DNA of 64,000 nucleotides, taken from contig JAAILG010001285.1 of assembly GCA_012026655.1 (NCBI GenBank), positions 1 to 64,000 of the forward strand, in the 5' to 3' direction. Made by a program: the position numbers and the translations under genes. Of this stretch, positions 60,326-64,000 are shown one piece after another. Under the pieces are notes generated by a model. The model saw only the letters and a list, made by a program, of their open reading frames with translations. It was not told where the DNA came from and made no database searches. The first letter of the stretch is position 1; the number at the start of each line of letters is the position of its first letter. This stretch comes from Hydrolagus affinis. Its lineage: Eukaryota.

Positions 60326-60636
60326 ATAATAATAGTAAGCCTTGCATTTGATATAGTGCTTTGCATGTCTTCTAGACGTCCCAAAGCGCTTCACAGAAAG
60401 TAAAGTAAATTGACAGTATATTTGTGGGCAAAATGCGGCAGCCAATTGTGCAAAGCAGTGTCCCACAAACAGTCATGGATTGAAATGACCAATTTTTTTA
60501 TTGTTGCTTTTTTTTTAGGGTTTATTATCAGGCATATGGAGTAAGGAAGCTTGCCGAAGGTTTTGCCCTGCCTAGAATTGAACCAAGGTCTCTTGCTTGC
60601 AAGGCGAGTGGTCTAACCACTGAGCTACAGGAATCC
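60326..60636 (-). mobile_element. tRNA-derived SINE, short form
   Basis: Reverse complement of the full family consensus. Confidence 0.92.
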
Positions 60637-61769
60637 TATAATTTGTAAGATTAGTGCAATTCCATATTTCTTCTCTGAATATTTGGGTGCTGCACCAACT
60701 TGGTCAGTCTTGCTGGGAGGCTCAGTTGGTTAACCAGACTTGAAACAGGGACATTCTGGGCTCAGTTCTCGCTTAGCCCCTTTGAGGTTGATAAATGAGC
60801 ACTCTATCTAAACTGTGCTCCACAAATTAAGTGGGGTGTGCCTGGCACTGCAGCAAAGCCAGACAGGTTAATATTAATTGACAGAGATGTAGGCATGTCT
60901 GTTATATTGCAAATCAAATGCACACAGAGAGACTCCCTGCAGCATTGTCGGTTACACACAGTAAGACTCTTCACAGCACTGACTATCAGTTGCACAAAGT
61001 AGGAATTCCACAGTGATGTCTGCATTTTCACAGCCACAATAGTGTCTTCATTCTCTGGTTATGGACTTCTTGTGGACCAATATCTAAGAGACACAGGCCA
61101 GTGAGGGTAGCCAGGGTTGGCCAATATCTTATTGCTGCTGGTGCTGTTGCCTCTGTCGTAGTGAAATAAATGTCCTCTGGATATGGTCTTCTCTTCCTCC
61201 AGAGGTGGTGGGGCCATTTCCTTTACTTTACAGCCTTGACACTAATAATGAGTGCCATCAATGTGCATACTGTAAAGTAACGACGACTTTAAATACCAGG
61301 AACTGATAATAATAGGATTTTCTGTGGATGCACTGCAGGCAGGTGGGTGGCTTATAATTAAAGACAATGATGGTGTTTGTAATGCAATCATGCAGGAAGA
61401 TTCCAATGGTTGCTTTTACATCAGCACCTTGGAACGTCCTCCTGATGTGAAAAGTGCTTTATAAATGATATTTTGTTATATTGTATTTTGTTGTTGTCAG
61501 AATTTGAAAAGTAGCAGATGTATTTTTTTGAAATACAGCGAGAGGACAGGGGTATTAAAATAATGCATCTGCTGTTCAATAACTGAGAAATGTTCTTAAA
61601 ATTATATATTTTTTCTAACATACCAATATTTGCTCTATTGGAGAAGCACAAATGAAATTGGTGTTTGGAAATATGCGTGTACGGCACATCAGTGAAAACA
61701 ATTTACAGTTATACCCTAAAGCTATATAAAAAAATGCGAGGATTAAAGCCAGACCTTAATGGTCACCTA

Positions 61770-62216
61770 CAATGGGCCTTCAGTCTTTCTGCCACTCCCC
61801 TTTGGAACTTCATACCACAGTCCATTCACCTTGCTCCTTTTCTTGCTTCTTTGAAAGCCTGTCTTAAGACCCTCCTCTTTGAGCATGCCTTTGGCCACCC
61901 TCGTACCTCTACCCTCCCTGCTAATGTACATGCTTCCTGATCGTAATTATTAGCTTGTCCTCCTCCTTGTCCCCCGAATCCTCCGCTCCACCATCCGTGC
62001 CTTTAACCACTATGCCCTGAGGCTCTGGAACTCCCTTTGCCTCGTCCCCTCTCTTCCTACTTTCAGGTCTTGGCTAAAGACCTTTGTTTGTAAAGACCAC
62101 GCTTCGGTCATCTTCTTCCCCCTACCCCTGGCTCGACCCCGGGATCCGTTACTGGGAAGCACTCTGAGATGCCGTTCAGCGTGGAGAGCGCTATATAAAT
62201 CCAAGTTGTTGTTGTT
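61770..62216 (+). mobile_element. Two L2 3' fragments in tandem
   Basis: AFSLSATPLWNFIP...LKACLKTLLF, then AFNHYALRLWNSL plus (TTG)n tail. Confidence 0.85.
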
Positions 62217-63202
62217 AATTCAGGATCGGGAGCACACTCTTCAAAGGACACACGTTGCTGGAACGGGGGGGAGGGGGGGAGAGAGGAGGCGAGGTGGGGA
62301 AAAGAATGTTCAATTAAAATAGAAAACTACTTACTGTGTCCAAGATGACAGGATGTACTTTCAATTTAATTGGTTAACGCTTAGCAATTACATATTATTA
62401 GGTGTGAGATTTGATTAGCAACTAAGTGTGAGAACAGGATTGTCATGCAAAGTGTTCTGGGAAAGTCTTTTTCTCCAAAGCTGCTCCCCCCTTGGATCAT
62501 TTACAACATCTCTACTTACAGAACTTGCATCAGAGCAGAAACAATATTTGGTATGTCTCAGACACTGAACATGCATTATGAGAGTGAAAAGGGTTTGAAG
62601 GTGGCACTACTCGACACTATGATGTACTTTGCTTACAAAGTAAGCACATTACAATAAAATCCTTTGAAGTGGTTTGAGACTTTGATGATATAAGGCAGTA
62701 TATTAAATGCCAGAATTATCCAGAGCTAATCAATAAGATAGCTGTGTCAGAACTGTAAACCACTGTACTAAATCACATCTGTTCTCTCTTTGATATTACC
62801 AGATCAAGCACCCACTAGAGGAGTAACTACCCAACATCTTGAACCTCTTAAATGTTACCAGCACTTGCACAATATTATAGCTTGAACTAATCTTGCTGGA
62901 TACAGATTGATACACACATGCTATGGAGGAGATGCAATTGGCAAACAAAAGCCAAGAGGCAACAAAAACAAAGAGAGAAAAAGAATCAGGTAGGAACACC
63001 CATATGTCGAGGTAGGGAGTTTGACAGGGAAAAGGGGTGTAAACACATGGATGTTACTTACACAGCCAAACAGCAGAGCTCACCAAACCTGGGAAGGAAC
63101 TGGCTTCTAACCGGTGAATGCCACCCCGAAGGAACCCTGACTGCCCAGCATCTTGGGGCATCCTCCTGACCATACAAATGGTGCTATACAAATATTGGCC
63201 AG

Positions 63203-63250
63203 TGAGAGAGAGAGTGAGTGAGTGAGTGAGGGAGGGAGGGAGGGAGGGAG
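63203..63250. repeat. Compound (GA)/(GAGT)/(GGGA) microsatellite
   Basis: Direct reading. Confidence 0.9.
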
Positions 63251-63389
63251 TGAGGAAAGTCACTATATAAATGTCATTTGTTACACGGGCATCAATGTGG
63301 TTTTCCTCTACCACATAAACCAACCTGGTAATCTCAGATATTTGAAGGCTCAAAACTGCAAATTTCTAAATTTAGCCAAATGTTTCTGC

Positions 63390-63770
63390 CAGCAGATGAG
63401 CTAGTTAGGGTCAGTGTGAAATTGAGCCGCAGAAATCAGAAAGGTCCCAGGTTCAATCCACAGGGTGTCCTGAGTTAGTTGATCTCACAGCTGGGTAGCT
63501 ACAATTGGCCTTGGAGAAAAAAAATCATGAAAGGTTTCTACTCCTGACCTCTTTCTCTCTCTACCTATTGATCTCTGCTGTAAAATATATTGTGTGTGAA
63601 CACTGAGAGAGGATAAGATCGAAGGTAGCTTTGATCCCCAACTGCCTAATAGCCTGCCGGCCATCAATGCTTACACAGCAAGAATGTGAACTTGAGCAAG
63701 GTAGCAAGGTGGTGGAGGGAGTGGGTGTTGATTATGGAAGTGTTCTCTGAAGGGGTCCTTTCTGGAGAGG
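63390..63770 (+). mobile_element. AmnSINE2-like ancient SINE
   Basis: AAGGTCCCAGGTTCAATCC...CTGAGTTAGTTGATCTCA...GCTACAATTGGCC...AATAGCCTGCC. Confidence 0.62.
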
Positions 63771-64000
63771 TGAGAAAATTGTATTGACAGTATAAGCAAT
63801 GAGGCTGACATTTGCCCCAGCAATGTGCCATAAACAGTTATAAAATGAATGACCAATTAATCGGGAGCAAAGTTGGCTAGGACACCAGAAAACAACTCTC
63901 TCCTCTTTTCGAATAGTCATGGGATCCTAATGTCCACCTGAACAATAACAACTTACATTTATATAGTGTCCTTAATGTGGGATAGCATCTCGGAAGGGGT

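Noticed and set aside
31157-64000. Search for the PDZ-encoding exons 1-2
   Set aside because: No GAPWGF or KGSYKTL-like coding sequence seen by eye. They probably lie beyond the window, though the N gap or an oversight cannot be excluded.
1-64000. CRISPR array, operon or prokaryotic defence system
   Set aside because: Eukaryotic intron-exon DNA; repeats are dispersed, not regularly spaced, and no cas-like ORFs exist.

Overview
This is vertebrate genomic DNA, inferred from its repeat content to be a cartilaginous fish, most likely a holocephalan such as Callorhinchus. The whole window lies inside one minus-strand gene, shroom3. Five coding exons can be placed with GT-AG boundaries and matching phases: 31156-31037, 17423-17292, 12711-9369 (3343-bp giant exon with the ASD1 domain), 6727-6627 and 2506-1673. 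They correspond to mammalian exons 3-7. The PDZ exons and ASD2 exons were not found and presumably lie outside the window. The introns are dense with a tRNA-derived SINE family (more than 20 copies), older DeuSINE and AmnSINE2-like copies, L2 and CR1 LINE fragments, Tigger-like and hAT-like MITE pieces, Penelope-type remnants and one unclassified 5-copy repeat. There is a 100-N assembly gap. No prokaryotic-type system, CRISPR array or true tRNA/rRNA gene is present. The most interesting signals are three inverted templated copies at 5' junctions of retroposon insertions, L2 3' tails fused to non-adjacent ORF2 pieces, a sense-strand bias of L2 tails, two candidate alternative first exons, and conserved DDVF and HxRxxS linear motifs in Shroom3. 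Family names and human comparisons are from memory, not database searches. Repeat boundaries are approximate.
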